Positions 40,463 to 52,789 of a stretch of DNA of 64,000 nucleotides are shown here, piece by piece; the stretch's first letter is position 1; the number at the start of each line of letters is the position of its first letter. The stretch covers positions 6,262,001 to 6,326,000 of the forward strand of contig OX597818.1 of the NCBI GenBank assembly GCA_951406725.2, written 5' to 3'. The DNA comes from Octopus vulgaris. Taxonomy: Eukaryota. A program made the position numbers and the translations under genes. Below the pieces are notes generated by a model. That model was not told the DNA's origin, searched no databases, and worked only from the letters and a program-made list of their open reading frames with translations.

Positions 40463-40466
<4 letters not shown>
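39909..40466 (-). mobile_element. ~560-bp non-coding element inserted in (TAA)n
   Basis: Near-identical full copy at 55482-56040, both flanked by (TTA)n. No ORF and no TIRs. Strand is assumed from the neighbouring Dong copies. Confidence 0.85.
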
Positions 40467-40760
<294 letters not shown>

Positions 40761-41095
40761 TTTCCTTCTATCTTCAAATTTTCTTCCGTTTCTCGCTGAG
40801 CGTTTTCCGTACACCTAGGGCAGAGAAGCTCATTGTATGCATTCCCAGATTACACACGCAAATTCACAGGTAAAATATGTATTTAAAAATGTAATGAATA
40901 AATAAATTCATGAATGGATGTTGTTTTCACAGCGATAATGCACTTCGCACTACATGAACCGTTCCATTCAACACGATTTTTTGCACTTCCTGTAGGGATC
41001 GTAAGCCTGGTATCATTTAGGTTTCAGTACCTTTTTTTTATCATTCCTAGAGATCTCACAATCACTGGTACTGTAGTCGCCCTGAGATGCCACAT
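40761..41095 (-). mobile_element. 5'-truncated R4/Dong LINE 3' end
   Basis: Closely matches 59551-59890 (MWHLRATTVPVIVRSLGMIKK plus 3' UTR) and ends in (TAA)n. Confidence 0.9.
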
Positions 41096-43605
41096 ATGAA
41101 TGAAAGGCAGCCCGTGGAATATAAACAATATCAAATACACACATACATAACGTGTATGTGTGGTCAGTTCGTGAGTAGGCTGCGATTTATAAGCATGACA
41201 GAAAATGTTTGCTTCAATACGCCCTGTGTAAAGACAATTAGAAGTTAAATACAAGCGAGATAACTCACGCCAGGTCCATCTGCAGGAGGTTTCGTCATCT
41301 CTTTGACTTATCAATATCACGTACCTAAAAGGAGGCATATGTAAGCTAAATCGCTGGTATGTGTCTAAGTTTTATTCCACGGAAAAAATTAATTATGAAT
41401 GAGAAGCAGTTTGATGAATATAAATAATATCGAACACACATACATAATTATATGTACTGCTAGTTCGTGAACAGTCTGCGATGTATAGGCATGAGAGAAA
41501 ATTTTCTCGTCAATACACCTTCGGTAAATAGGAAAGAAGTAAGAAAGAAATTATTATTTCGCAGAAGCATAGCTATATTTAAAGCCTGGTATTAGAACCC
41601 ATTAATATGTACGCTAGAGGACAAAGTATCAGTCGAGTGGAAAGCTTTAATACATATATACATACATACAAACATACATACATACATACATACATACATA
41701 CATACATACATACATACATACATACATACATCAGGCCTGCATGCTTCTCGCTCAATACAGGGAATGAAAACTCTAAAGTAAAGTGACATATTTATAAAAA
41801 CTACAATAGTTGTTTTGTCCCTGTAATAATATGCTAAATGTGGTGGCGGCAATGACTACACGAGTATTTTAATGACAAATCAAACCTCAAAGTGCAAGAT
41901 GTGGAAATAAAGCTTTATTAGCAAAATATCAACTATAGAAATAGTTTTCTCATTTACTCAAATATATATGTTTGTGCACACGTGATTCTGCATGTTTGTG
42001 TGCTTACGTTTATTATGCTGGCTTCATTTCTCATACACACTGTGATGCATTAAACTAAATTATTTTTGAAGTAAAGAAGAAAACCTTATATATAATTAAT
42101 TAAAAGAAACCTAAATTAACGGAAAAACATAACAAGTGCCTACACATATTTCAATCTGGTCATTATGGGAAAAGTGTTTCAGATCCGCAGGATTCGAACC
42201 AAGTTAAGCGCTCTAGATGTACAAATACCACGGTATAACTAGATATCATCAGAGCCGGCTTGCACAAAAAGATAATACTTACATATTTTTTCAAAGGCAT
42301 TAAAATTGGTGGTAAAAACCATACTGAATAAGATAGATGAGGACCGCAGGTTCGATACTTTGCTGTATTCCCCTTCTGCTTCCAGTAAGCATGCTTAGAC
42401 AAAAAGGCTTTGAAATCTTTTGTCCACCCCTTCCTATCTTTCAATTTCGCTCCTGCTTATCTGTAAATATTTCTTTTTTTTTATCTCAATGGAATAACGA
42501 CGGAAAGCGTGCTTTGAGAAAAATGAATACTATATACAGCTTTGGATTGCCCTCCCCACTCTTTCTATCAATTCTTCTTTGTCAACAATTCTTTGTAATC
42601 GATGTCGCTAACGCCACAGGCTAAATAGTTGAATGGGTTTGACATTTTGACCCGTAAAAATTCTGAACAAAACATAACAACACTCCCATAATTCTTAATT
42701 TGCTCAAATGTTGTAGCGACTTTGGAATATTTATTTCGTTGCCTTGTAAGTTTTGAAATTATTATCATTAAACATCCTCTGTACTGAACAAATTTTCAAA
42801 AATTCTGAAACCAGAAATAAAATATAGCTAAGTAATCTTTCATTGATTTGCTAAAATTATCTTTCCGTTTTGTTGAAACTGATTTAAATTTCACGCACAC
42901 ATTCACAGACACACACACGTGCACTATTACTTTCATAAGATCTCTTAAGGATTTTCAATATATTTGTCCAAATGACTGAAACATACACACATAAATATGA
43001 ACACACACATCGAAAGACGTGTGTGTTTATATATAAATAATGTTGTATAGATAATTTTCTTTTACATTCTTTCAAATTTTCTTCCGCCATTAGGTAAGTA
43101 TAATATACATTTATTTCTTTTCTTGCATGTTGCGATATTTCACATCTTTGCTACTCTCAACAAATGAATAGAGACGCTAGGTTTTCCTTTAGTATTTTTA
43201 GGGCTTTCTACAATGTTGAATTTTCGCTGTCTTTCATTGTGTTTGTGTTTATGTATATGCGTGTATGTTCAATGTGCGCGTGCCTGTGTGCGAGAGACAT
43301 AGTCTTTTAATGTACGAAGTTCTGTAAATATCAGTACTCAATTGAATGTCAATTATTTTCGCGGAATTGGCGAGTAGCCTGATAAGGCAACTTATCTGTC
43401 TTTGACAGAGTAATGGTCTAGAACCATGACACGAATTACGTAACTAAATTCGTCCTCTTAGTGAAATAATATGAAAATGATTCAGCTAAACCAGCAAGCA
43501 AGATTGCATAACCAATCGCAGAGGTCGCCACACGCCACTGAAACATACATTCATACATATGTATATATATATGTATGTATATATATATATATATATATAT
43601 ATGTC

Positions 43606-43636
<31 letters not shown>

Positions 43637-43639
43637 ATA

Positions 43640-43952
43640 ATAAATATTAGGGAATAAATCCAAATTTACAGGGAAAAATCAGATTTAGGATTATATCCAA
43701 TTTTATAGTAAAATATTATATAATATAATTCGAGACAAAACCACTATTTTGCAAAACAAACAAGGAAAGACTTAATCAATACATTAAAATTTTAAAATTA
43801 AAACAGATTAGGAGATCGAAAATCCACCTGACAAATGTCATTGAAGACATGAAACGATTGTAGTGGCGGTTTATTTCTTTGTATTAAAAGTTTTTATGTA
43901 TTGATTAAGTCTTTCCTTGTTTGTTTTGCAAAATAGTGGTTTTGTCTCGAAT

Positions 43953-43960
<8 letters not shown>
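43640..43960 (+). mobile_element. (TA)n-embedded fold-back mini element enclosing a hammerhead
   Basis: ~43720-43793 is the reverse complement of ~43884-43960, with the HHR between the arms. Confidence 0.8.
43824..43866 (+). ncRNA. Minimal type I hammerhead (G8>A, likely CpG decay)
   Basis: CCAC CTGACAA ATGTC-ATTGAA-GACAT GAA ACGATTGT A GTGG; near-palindromic helix III, GUA triplet. Confidence 0.75.
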
Positions 43961-44001
<41 letters not shown>

Positions 44002-44031
44002 CATACATACATATATATATATATATATTTA

Positions 44032-45250
44032 ATCATATCAAAGGGAAATGGAAATAAACATAAATTTTCATTTCCAGTGGCATAGCGTGTAAAAATTTAG
44101 TCCAAAGACTATGTATTAGTCATAAAAATACAGTGTACATTTAAACACATAAAGAATCCACTCATCGGATTCAACACGCTAGAAAGGTTCTATAACCACA
44201 AAATTAGGGATAAAATTCGTTATAATTGCAATTATCTTTATTTATATTATTATTCTTTTTACTGTAATTTTTTATTGATTTGTATTTATTATAATCAAGC
44301 CTTTCTTTACCTGGTTGTTTGTCTGTGGCTTATCATTATGTCTTTCAAATTTAATCTTGTTTTTCTCCTGCCTTACATAATGCTTATTCCTATTAAAAAA
44401 TTCTTTCTTCACAAGATGAAAGGTAATTAATTCTAAGTTGAATATTTTTAACTAAGCAAGTTGTGCTTGTTTTAGGATGATTACTTTCAAAATATATATT
44501 TGTCAACTTTCAGTTGGGTTTATGTTATAGTGCATGGTTACGTGTGAGTAAATTAAACATCTAGAAAGTTTACTGAGCTGTGCTACTTTTCAACAGAAAT
44601 TTTAAAACCAAAACTATTGAAGAACTTATGAACGTTTTCTAATAATTTTCTAATTTTGTGTTATTAGGAGTGTTAGTAATAAATAATACATCGCCCCGAT
44701 ATAGGCCGCCATCTATTTCTGGGAATTCACTATTAAACGTATGCAATATATATACATATTCCTAAAATATCGGTGACTTGCACCGAATCACAAGAGCCCA
44801 TAGCGATGTCGAAGCCATCAGCTGTATTCTTCCTAGTCCAGTATTTATTGTCAAATAAAGAATGTACTTAGAAATATTAATTTTGTGTGAATATAATATT
44901 GCTGAATTTACTGAATCTTTTTATTCCTCTGAGACCTAGAATATCTCTTAACGACTATAAATTTAATTTCTTTACTGACCCTAAAGTAAGATTTATATGC
45001 TCAGCAAAATCCTACATATGTAATTTAAGTAAATTGATTTTAGATAAATATATAGTTCAAGTTAAGATTGGAGTTGCTGTCTAATACACAACAACTAATA
45101 AGCTGGTTCAATAGAATCGATAATAAGGACAGACATAGACTTATCCAGTTCAATATAAATGATTACTAACCCTCAATAAACATTATAGCACTAAATAGTG
45201 CCCTTATATTTGCTAAGTGTATTTCTAAATTGTCTCATCAGGAAACTAAT
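44032..45250. mobile_element. PLE reverse-transcriptase remnant with 5' inversion
   Basis: Minus 44400-44880: YWTRKNTADGFDIAMGSCDSVQVTDILG..YILH...GGLYRGD (PLE FDVTMGS..GLYRDD). Plus 44900-45250: PKVRFICSAKS..NLSKLILDK...WFNRIDNKDRHRLIQFNINDY (upstream RT motifs). Confidence 0.8.
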
Positions 45251-48129
45251 AAACTGTAGTCATCTGCAGTCGTGGTATATTTCGGAAGGCTCTACTTCAG
45301 GAACTCCACAATGTCATTTGGGTTCGTAGCGAGACAGGAAAGATCTGTTTTGTTGCTGTGGCATAGCTCGGTTGAGCTGTGGAAGGTTCCAACTAATTAG
45401 TTCCAGTGATTTGCCTTAGCTGAAGGAACTTACTACAGTAGAGAAGCGACAGATTTAAACCAGTTGCTGAAATGACTGCCTCGAAACAACATCTCGAAAC
45501 AACATGCCAAAATTGTATCCATCACCAAATGCGCACAAATCATTTGAATGATATCAGCTAAAACTCTGCTTTAAAATGAGTTTCAGATCTTCCGGCGCGA
45601 ATACCAAGCAATACAGCATGTCGTTTCCAAATTTCTGGCAGAGTTACTTGCGTCATGGTGCTGTATTTCTCACACATGGTGCCAAGCTGATCCTACTATA
45701 TAGATAGTCGACAAATAAAAAAGAAGACGGTGCAAAATTAAAAACATACAATAGTGGAAATTTACCCATCGCACGCTGTATATATATGTGTCTGTGTGTA
45801 TACGTATATGTATGCATATATATATTTATTCATTCAACATATGTAGGTGCGTGTGTGAATAAATGTGAACTATACCCCTGATCAGTCGTTCACTTCGATT
45901 TTTGCTAACACCATTTCACCTTTGTTATTGCGGGACCATGATTCTAATCTTTCTCTTTCCGCTCAACTTCCATGTTTCTCTCGAGTATTTAAATATGGTT
46001 GCAGCATATTGAATTATATTTCCCGCTTCTCTACTTCCTTATGCATGCTTCCTCTTATGAGTTGCATCTACAGTGCCTCTTTTTCGAGTGATACTATTAC
46101 ATAAATATATATGCATGGGTGTGTGTGTTCGTGTGTTTGTGTGTGCGTTTGTGTGCATTTGTGTGTGAGAGAGAGTGTGTGTGTATGCATGTGCGTGTGT
46201 GTTTGAGAGAGAGAGTGTGTGCGCGCGGTAATATACATGTGTATGTGTGTTCATTACACGTGTTGATTGGATTTTTCTTCTCATTTGTTCTAACTTAATG
46301 CTAAAGTTTATCCGATTTTAGTTCTAGTTAAACCCATTTCAATACAGCGGTGCCAGCTGTAACTACCTTGTTTGTTTGTTTCTTTTGTGTGTATGTGTTG
46401 GGGGAATTCAGACATTTGATGACAATCACAAAAGAGTTGTTTTTGTTAAGACGCCTTACTGTAATTTATTTACTATTTTTTAAATGTACGACCGTGAAGA
46501 AACTCGCTCTCACTCATCCCGCTTTCTGTCCTACGCGCGCGCACACACACACACACAACCACACACAGACGAAGGCTCACACACGCAAACACATATACAC
46601 ATATCATCGCATTCTCTTTTTTCCTCACTGTCTGTCTCTCTCGTACCATAATACTTTTCCAGATAACGGAGCTGCCGAAGATAATATTGATTATGAAAGG
46701 ATATTAAAACGAAAATAGTTGCAATATGGCATTTTGTAGAGAGAGAAAAATGAAGTGAAAGTTACATGTATGCGCATGGAAATGGTATTAAATACATGGA
46801 GGGGGTGACTTTAAGTAAATATATTCTATTCACATCCATCTGTCAGTAACAACTCCATAGTGCCACTTGTTCGTTAAAGGAGCAAAATCTTGTAAAAGTA
46901 GCTGTACATATTAACATATTAACCAAGGGAAGAAAACCAACAATCTACTCCTAATCTCTCTAGGATCATAATCTAATTCCAACAATATATTCTCGAATTG
47001 TTTCGCATTACTCTCTCATGTTACCTTACAAATATGTCAGTCTCATCGGGGCAGTAGTTAATCCAAATTTTTCTTATTATCAGAAAAATATATTAACTGT
47101 TGTATACTTAATGTTTTATTCATTAGTATGCATACATGTCTATGTTATGTTACGTGATGGATATGAAGTTAAGCCGATAACGCATAATACGGATACATAT
47201 GAATTGCCAACAACATGCAATTTTGAGTTAAAGGCATACTGTGTATTCGAACAGATTTAAAACACGAAATTGGAAGGTTCTTTCAATTCTCTCGAGAGAT
47301 TATTGATTGGTAAACACTGTAGCATGGAACAAATGAAAACGTGTTTATCCCTCGCTGAATGCGAAATTAATAAAGGAAAGAACAAAACAAATTAGTTTAA
47401 TTTTTTTTTTCTTAAATGTAGATTTGATATTAGATTCATCCACTGAATAAAACAGTTCTCTAAAATCTAGTTTTAGAGATGTTTTGGTAATTGGAAGTTG
47501 TAAGGCAACATTGTTGATTAATCACACTGTTAAGCAATATGTACAATTGTAATAACATGCGTACCAGAATATTTACATCTCTATTACAACAACTGCTTTA
47601 AAATTGATTTTTTTTCCAAAAATTGGAAATTTATTGTGCAATTAGCTTAAAACATTGCCAAGTAAATATTTTATACATTGTATAAAATGGAATGATAATG
47701 AGTATTCAGAAATAATGTGTTTGGGAAAATGAACAACTTTGATACCTAGTAAATATAAAACAAATCGAAAACAACGGTATTTTTATTGCGTATCATTATA
47801 TTATCGACAAGTTACTTATTTATATTAAATACAGAAGATATGTCTTCATTTTGCAAAACAGGCTGAACAATAATTTAAAATTCGTTGGCAAAGTTGACAT
47901 TCTTTTCGGATTCAAAAACTACAGTGCTAGATATCTGAGAGTGAAACATTGAGCAAATGTTCCATTGTATAAATACAGCATAGAATTTACATCGGATTTT
48001 GAAAGAAATCAGTAACACAGAAAGTATATGAAAAGTCCATTAATATATGTACATACAGATTCACATTAATACATATATTTAGAAGCATATATGTATATAA
48101 GTATGTATTGATACATATACATTTATATA

Positions 48130-49250
48130 TGGTATCCAAGTAATATCCTATTGATATTTCTTAATTATTCAACATAAATTTAAGTTAGGATAATGAAATT
48201 TATCGTACCCATTTTAATGTCAATTTTCAATCCATTGTAGTAATTACATTTCAAAGTGATCGCCCTTCGCCTTGATCATAGCACTGTACTACTTCTTCAT
48301 CCAGCTTGACCCATGAAGTCAGAAGAATTTGCATCTAAGTCTGATACATTTGAATAGGAGCGAGCACAAACGTTACCCTCTAAGATGGACCACTGCGAAG
48401 TCCATTGGATTGATATCTGGACACGAGGGAGGCCATATCGTATTGCCCCAAATCAGTTGAAATGCACTTTGCATCAACTTTGTGTCAAATTGGATGTGTA
48501 GGCCGGAGCCCGATCTTGAGTGAAGACGTGACGGTCATCAAAGCTTTCTGTGACCCGGAGTAATAGTTTCTCATCCAGTATTTCCACATAAACTTCACTG
48601 TTAGCCTTTGACGCCAGCATCAAGGGAGACTTGAACCCATCAGATGCAACTGAGGCCCACATCATGAGTAAAGTTGCCTTTTGACGGTGTAAATAACTCC
48701 TGCTACATTCAGAAAAATCTCTTGCATTACGTGCATAAAGCCTGTCATTCTCCCAGTTGATGACTGCCTCCACGGTGAAGATCTCGTCGGACCAAGTCAG
48801 CACCGTGTTAGTGGAGCGCTTCATCTCAGCTAATATAGTTTTAACCCTGTCGAGCAGTCTCTTCTTGAAAGCTGCTGAAATGAACTGCCAGGATTTTTTC
48901 TTGCATACAGTTAGTTTTAAATCCCCTTTAGAAATCCTGTGCATCGAGGATTTCGAAATATGAAGAGCTTTTCTTGTATACCTGCTAGAATTTAGGTTTA
49001 CACGCTTCTTTACAGCTTCAACAAGGAATTGGCTTTTGCTTTGCAATCAGATTATGGCACATACTGAACTTTTCTTTCATCAAAAATTTTTGTACACCAT
49101 TAGGGCTAAACGCTTTCGAATGGCTATCATTTTGTTCGCATTTCTAATACTGTTCTCTGTAAACAGAATAGCGTCATATTGAAGATAAGAATTTGCCTGT
49201 TTCAGATTGCAGAACCATTTAGCTCTAGTATCCTGTTGTCCATGCTTACT
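48130..49250 (-). mobile_element. Tc1/mariner DD37D (maT-like) transposon remnant
   Basis: ORF 48474-49046: WSDEIFTVEAVIN.ENDRLYA, MMWASVASDGFKSPL, FTQDRAPAYTS; then WPPSCPDINPMDF. Ends approximate. Confidence 0.85.
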
Positions 49251-49310
49251 CCATATCTCACCCCGATCAACAGGATCTAAACTTTCGCATACTAAATCAA
49301 TAATTTCTTA

Positions 49311-49576
49311 ACATTACTTACATTATTTACATTTGACCATATTTTGTCCTCATCTTGTTTGTACGTTAACACATTTCGGCTGATATACCCTCCAGCCATC
49401 ATCAGGTGTCTTTGGGAAATTTCGAACACGGGTTCTTATTCCTAATGCATTTTCGATGTTATTATTATTATAATTCAGGTCACTGCCTGGAATTGAACTC
49501 GAAATCTTGGGGTTAGTAGCCCGCGCTCTTAACCACTACGCCATATTCGGACAAATCTCCATCAAATGTAAATAAT
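49311..49576 (-). mobile_element. tRNA-derived SINE carrying a hammerhead-derived 3' domain and a 5' inverted tail copy
   Basis: Head TGGCGTAGTGGTTAAGAGCGCGGGCTACTAACCCC...GAGTTCAATTCC, then (AAT)n, HHR motif and tail (TGTAAATAA). 49549-49576 is an imperfect inverted copy of the tail. Confidence 0.85.
49368..49410 (-). ncRNA. Hammerhead motif within SINE (helix III missing in this copy)
   Basis: GACAC CTGATGA T GGCTG-GAGGGTATAT-CAGCC GAAA T GTGTT. Confidence 0.65.
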
Positions 49577-50771
49577 CTGCGTAATTCTTCATCACTAAAT
49601 ATAGAATTGCATTAATTTCTTGCTAAAATCTTTATTCCTCGATTCTAAACAACCACTTTTGCCGGTATTGTGTTATCCGTTGCTCAAACCTAGTTAGTTT
49701 TGCATTCTTTACAAGTATGCACTGCTTCAGTTCTTCAATCACAATATTCTATGCTTTTTCATGAATACTATGCTTCTTCAGTGTTTCAAATTTAGGACCA
49801 TTCATATTGTCCTATTTTCCTGTCGTGTATTGAGACAAAACCGTCTCATTAGGGAATATTTTAGTGGATTTCACATTTTCTTGATTATCGACTGTACACC
49901 TACGACGGTGATTAAATGGACTAGGAACACTGTACGCGAGGAATATTCAATACCAAACAATCTTAATCTCCATATTTAATCTGCGTTAAACTTTGGCAAG
50001 CTTGCCTTTATCTATTGTGACTTACTTGAAAAGTAATGTTCCCTTTCCTTTCTTCTATTTCTTGATACCTTTGTTTAACTACCAATGTGTTGTTTCACTT
50101 TAAGGATGCTTATTTACCCATCCATTATGATATTTCGAACGCGACATCTTTTCATTGCGAACTGCTGAAGATTCAAAGTAGTATTCATGAACTGAAAGCA
50201 AACTCTTCTTGTCTTCATTTATTGTTACCTGAAATCAATTTCAGAGTAGTCGTACACTGTAAGGACGTAGCAAAAACATTCCTTTAACTCTACTTTGTGA
50301 AGTGGGTATTATATTGCCAATTTTGAACGTACTAATCATACTTCTCTAAAAAAAATAGGTTCCTTTGTTGTTGAAGAAAATAAACTCGCAGAAGGGAATG
50401 TCAACGTTTTCTTTCAATTTCCTTACACCATTTATGTGGCTGTTTCTGACAAGAAATTTCGCTCACGTGTAAAGCAAATATATTTTGTAGTCATCCGTAA
50501 TCTAATCCCAAAACACTTCAGTAGCTCTACTTTGCATCGCTGGAAAGCTTATATATTCTATGATCATTAAAGTGCAATGACCTCCACAATAACCAGCCTT
50601 CAATTAACATAGATTACCGTGCTACTCATAAACTTCGGTAGTTCAATTATTTGGTGAAAAAATATCACCAAAGCAACTTAGATCGTCCAAAGAACGAGTG
50701 TGTTTTATAGTACATATATATAAGTATATGCACACACGCACATACACACACATATATATTGTATGAAGGGT

Positions 50772-51720
50772 CTTGGGTAAGGCCAAGACAATGCGAAGTA
50801 AATGCAGGTAACTCACAGATAAAACAAATATTTGAATTAATGTAGACTTACCTTGTATTCAATATTTCGGGGTTATTACCCCTTTTTCAAGAAATCGACG
50901 ATTTCTTGAAAATGGGTTGAAAGTATTTTGCTGGGGTTAGCATCGTGTGTGGCGCATCATATGTGAAGTGTCAGAGCGTCAAATATTGCAGGGAGAGAAG
51001 TTTTCATCCTTTATATGTAGGATGTTCACTGTTGACTGTATGGTATTTAGTTTTTCAGCGATACAGATTTCACTGGGGTCCTCTTTATTTTCTGGCTTTA
51101 GTATCGATTTCCCATTTAATCTGTGGGTTACTTCTTGCTCTTTCTTTCAATAACCACATCATATTGGATAGGGATTTTACATTTCTTTTATTTTCTGTCT
51201 CTGAATGACACTAGGATTTTTGGGTATCTTCCCTTCAACTAGTGGTCATTCCGATATATGTCTTGTTCGTTAAGATCCATAATTTTGGCCTAGTGTACAA
51301 CTTTTTATTTCCTGACAATTGTTATTTACTGGACAGCGATTTGAAGATGTAGAGATACATCGTCTTTCTGTGGTATTTTTGGTGTCTTTATTTTTATTGT
51401 GGTTGAGTATCATCGACCCTATGTTGGAGAGGCAACTATAGATAACTTTAATAGCGTTTCCGTTTAAGATCTTGTGGTATATGTGTGAACGTGAGAAGTG
51501 ATTGTCTATTAATTGGTTAAGGAATAAGAGATTTCTCTTTTAGCGTCCTTTTGTTCAATCTGTATTTAGTTCAAAGTAGTTTATGCAATTCAGGAAGTTG
51601 GACCTTTGTAATTCAGCTTTATAGTATGGGGATCCCGTACTATAACGCTGCACGAGAAAGGCCTCCATGACGAACTACCTCAACACATAGACATCCGAAC
51701 ATCATATGTACCCAATATAT
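50772..51720 (-). mobile_element. PLE 3' portion (GIY-YIG remnant plus pseudo-LTR)
   Basis: Minus-strand NRCPVNNNCQEIKVV and YIGMTTS motifs; 50780-50895 is homologous to 25921-26040. Confidence 0.75.
50858..50893 (-). ncRNA. Minimal hammerhead, U3-A8 core variant
   Basis: TTC TTGAAAA A GGGG-TAATAA-CCCC GAA ATAT T GAA. Palindromic helix III, extra nucleotide after A9, 3-bp stem I. Confidence 0.68.
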
Positions 51721-51759
51721 AATATAAGGTAAGAAAATTTACCATCCAATATCATCGTT

Positions 51760-52313
51760 TTCGCATAAGGCAAACCGAAGGGAGATATTTACTCAAAAAG
51801 TGTCAACCAAGAGTAGCACCCGCTTTATTTACAAATTTGCTGGGAATTCACGTCAAATGGAGACGAACATCATACTTCCAATACTCGAAAACATAAGATA
51901 ATTTTTTAAACATGACACCATGTTTTCCGGAGGAAAACGCAGTAATTCAGGGTGATAATGCACCAATTCACACAGGTAAAATTGTTACTGAATGGCACGA
52001 GAAACATTCTAGGGAAGTTGAACAACTTATGTGTCCACCATACTCCCCCAAGATCTCAATATTATTGAACATTTACGGTGCATTTAAAAAAAAACAAGTA
52101 CGGAGTTGATATCCTCCACCATCATCACTACAAGAACTGGAGACAGTTTTAGCTGAAGAATGTACAAAAATTCTTTTGGAAACAACTGAAGCTTTGCACT
52201 AATCTATACCTCGTAAATTGAAGGTGTAATTACTGCCAACGGCGGTCCTATCCCAAATTAAAGTTAATTTATTTGAAATGTTAAGGTGTTTCCATTATTT
52301 TGTCCAGCCCTTG
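51760..52313 (+). mobile_element. Tc1 transposon 3' remnant
   Basis: VIQGDNAPIHTGKIVTEW and CPPYSP motifs; right TIR-like GGTGTTTCCATTATTTTGTCCAGCCCTTG|TA. Confidence 0.8.
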
Positions 52314-52337
52314 TATATATATTCTACACTTTTTACT

Positions 52338-52733
52338 CTCTTACTTGTTTCAGTCATTTTGACTGCGGCCATGCTGGAGCACCGCCTTTAGTCGAGCAAA
52401 TTGACCCCGGGACTTATTCATTGCAAGCCCAATACTTATTCTATCGGTCTCTTTTGCCGAACCGCTAGGTGACAGGGACGTAAACACACCAGCATCGGTT
52501 GTCAAGCAATGCTAGGAAGACAAACACAGAAACACAAACACACACATACATATATATATATACATATATACGACAGGCTTCTTCCAGTTTCCGTATACCA
52601 AATCCACTCACAAGGCATTGGTCGGCCCGGGGCTATAGCAGAAGACACTTGTCCAAGATGCCACGCAGTGGGACTGAACCCGGAACCATGTGGTTGGTTA
52701 GCAAGCTACTTACCACACAGCAACTCCTGCGCC
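52338..52733 (-). mobile_element. tRNA-derived SINE family A
   Basis: Collinear with 762-1156. Confidence 0.88.
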
Positions 52734-52765
<32 letters not shown>

Positions 52766-52789
52766 CATACATATACAAACATGTATATA

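Noticed and set aside
42281-42461. Possible minus-strand exon (TTTACAG acceptor, GTAAGT donor)
   Set aside because: Stops occur in all frames from the best acceptor and the peptide is not recognisable; RNA-seq would be needed.
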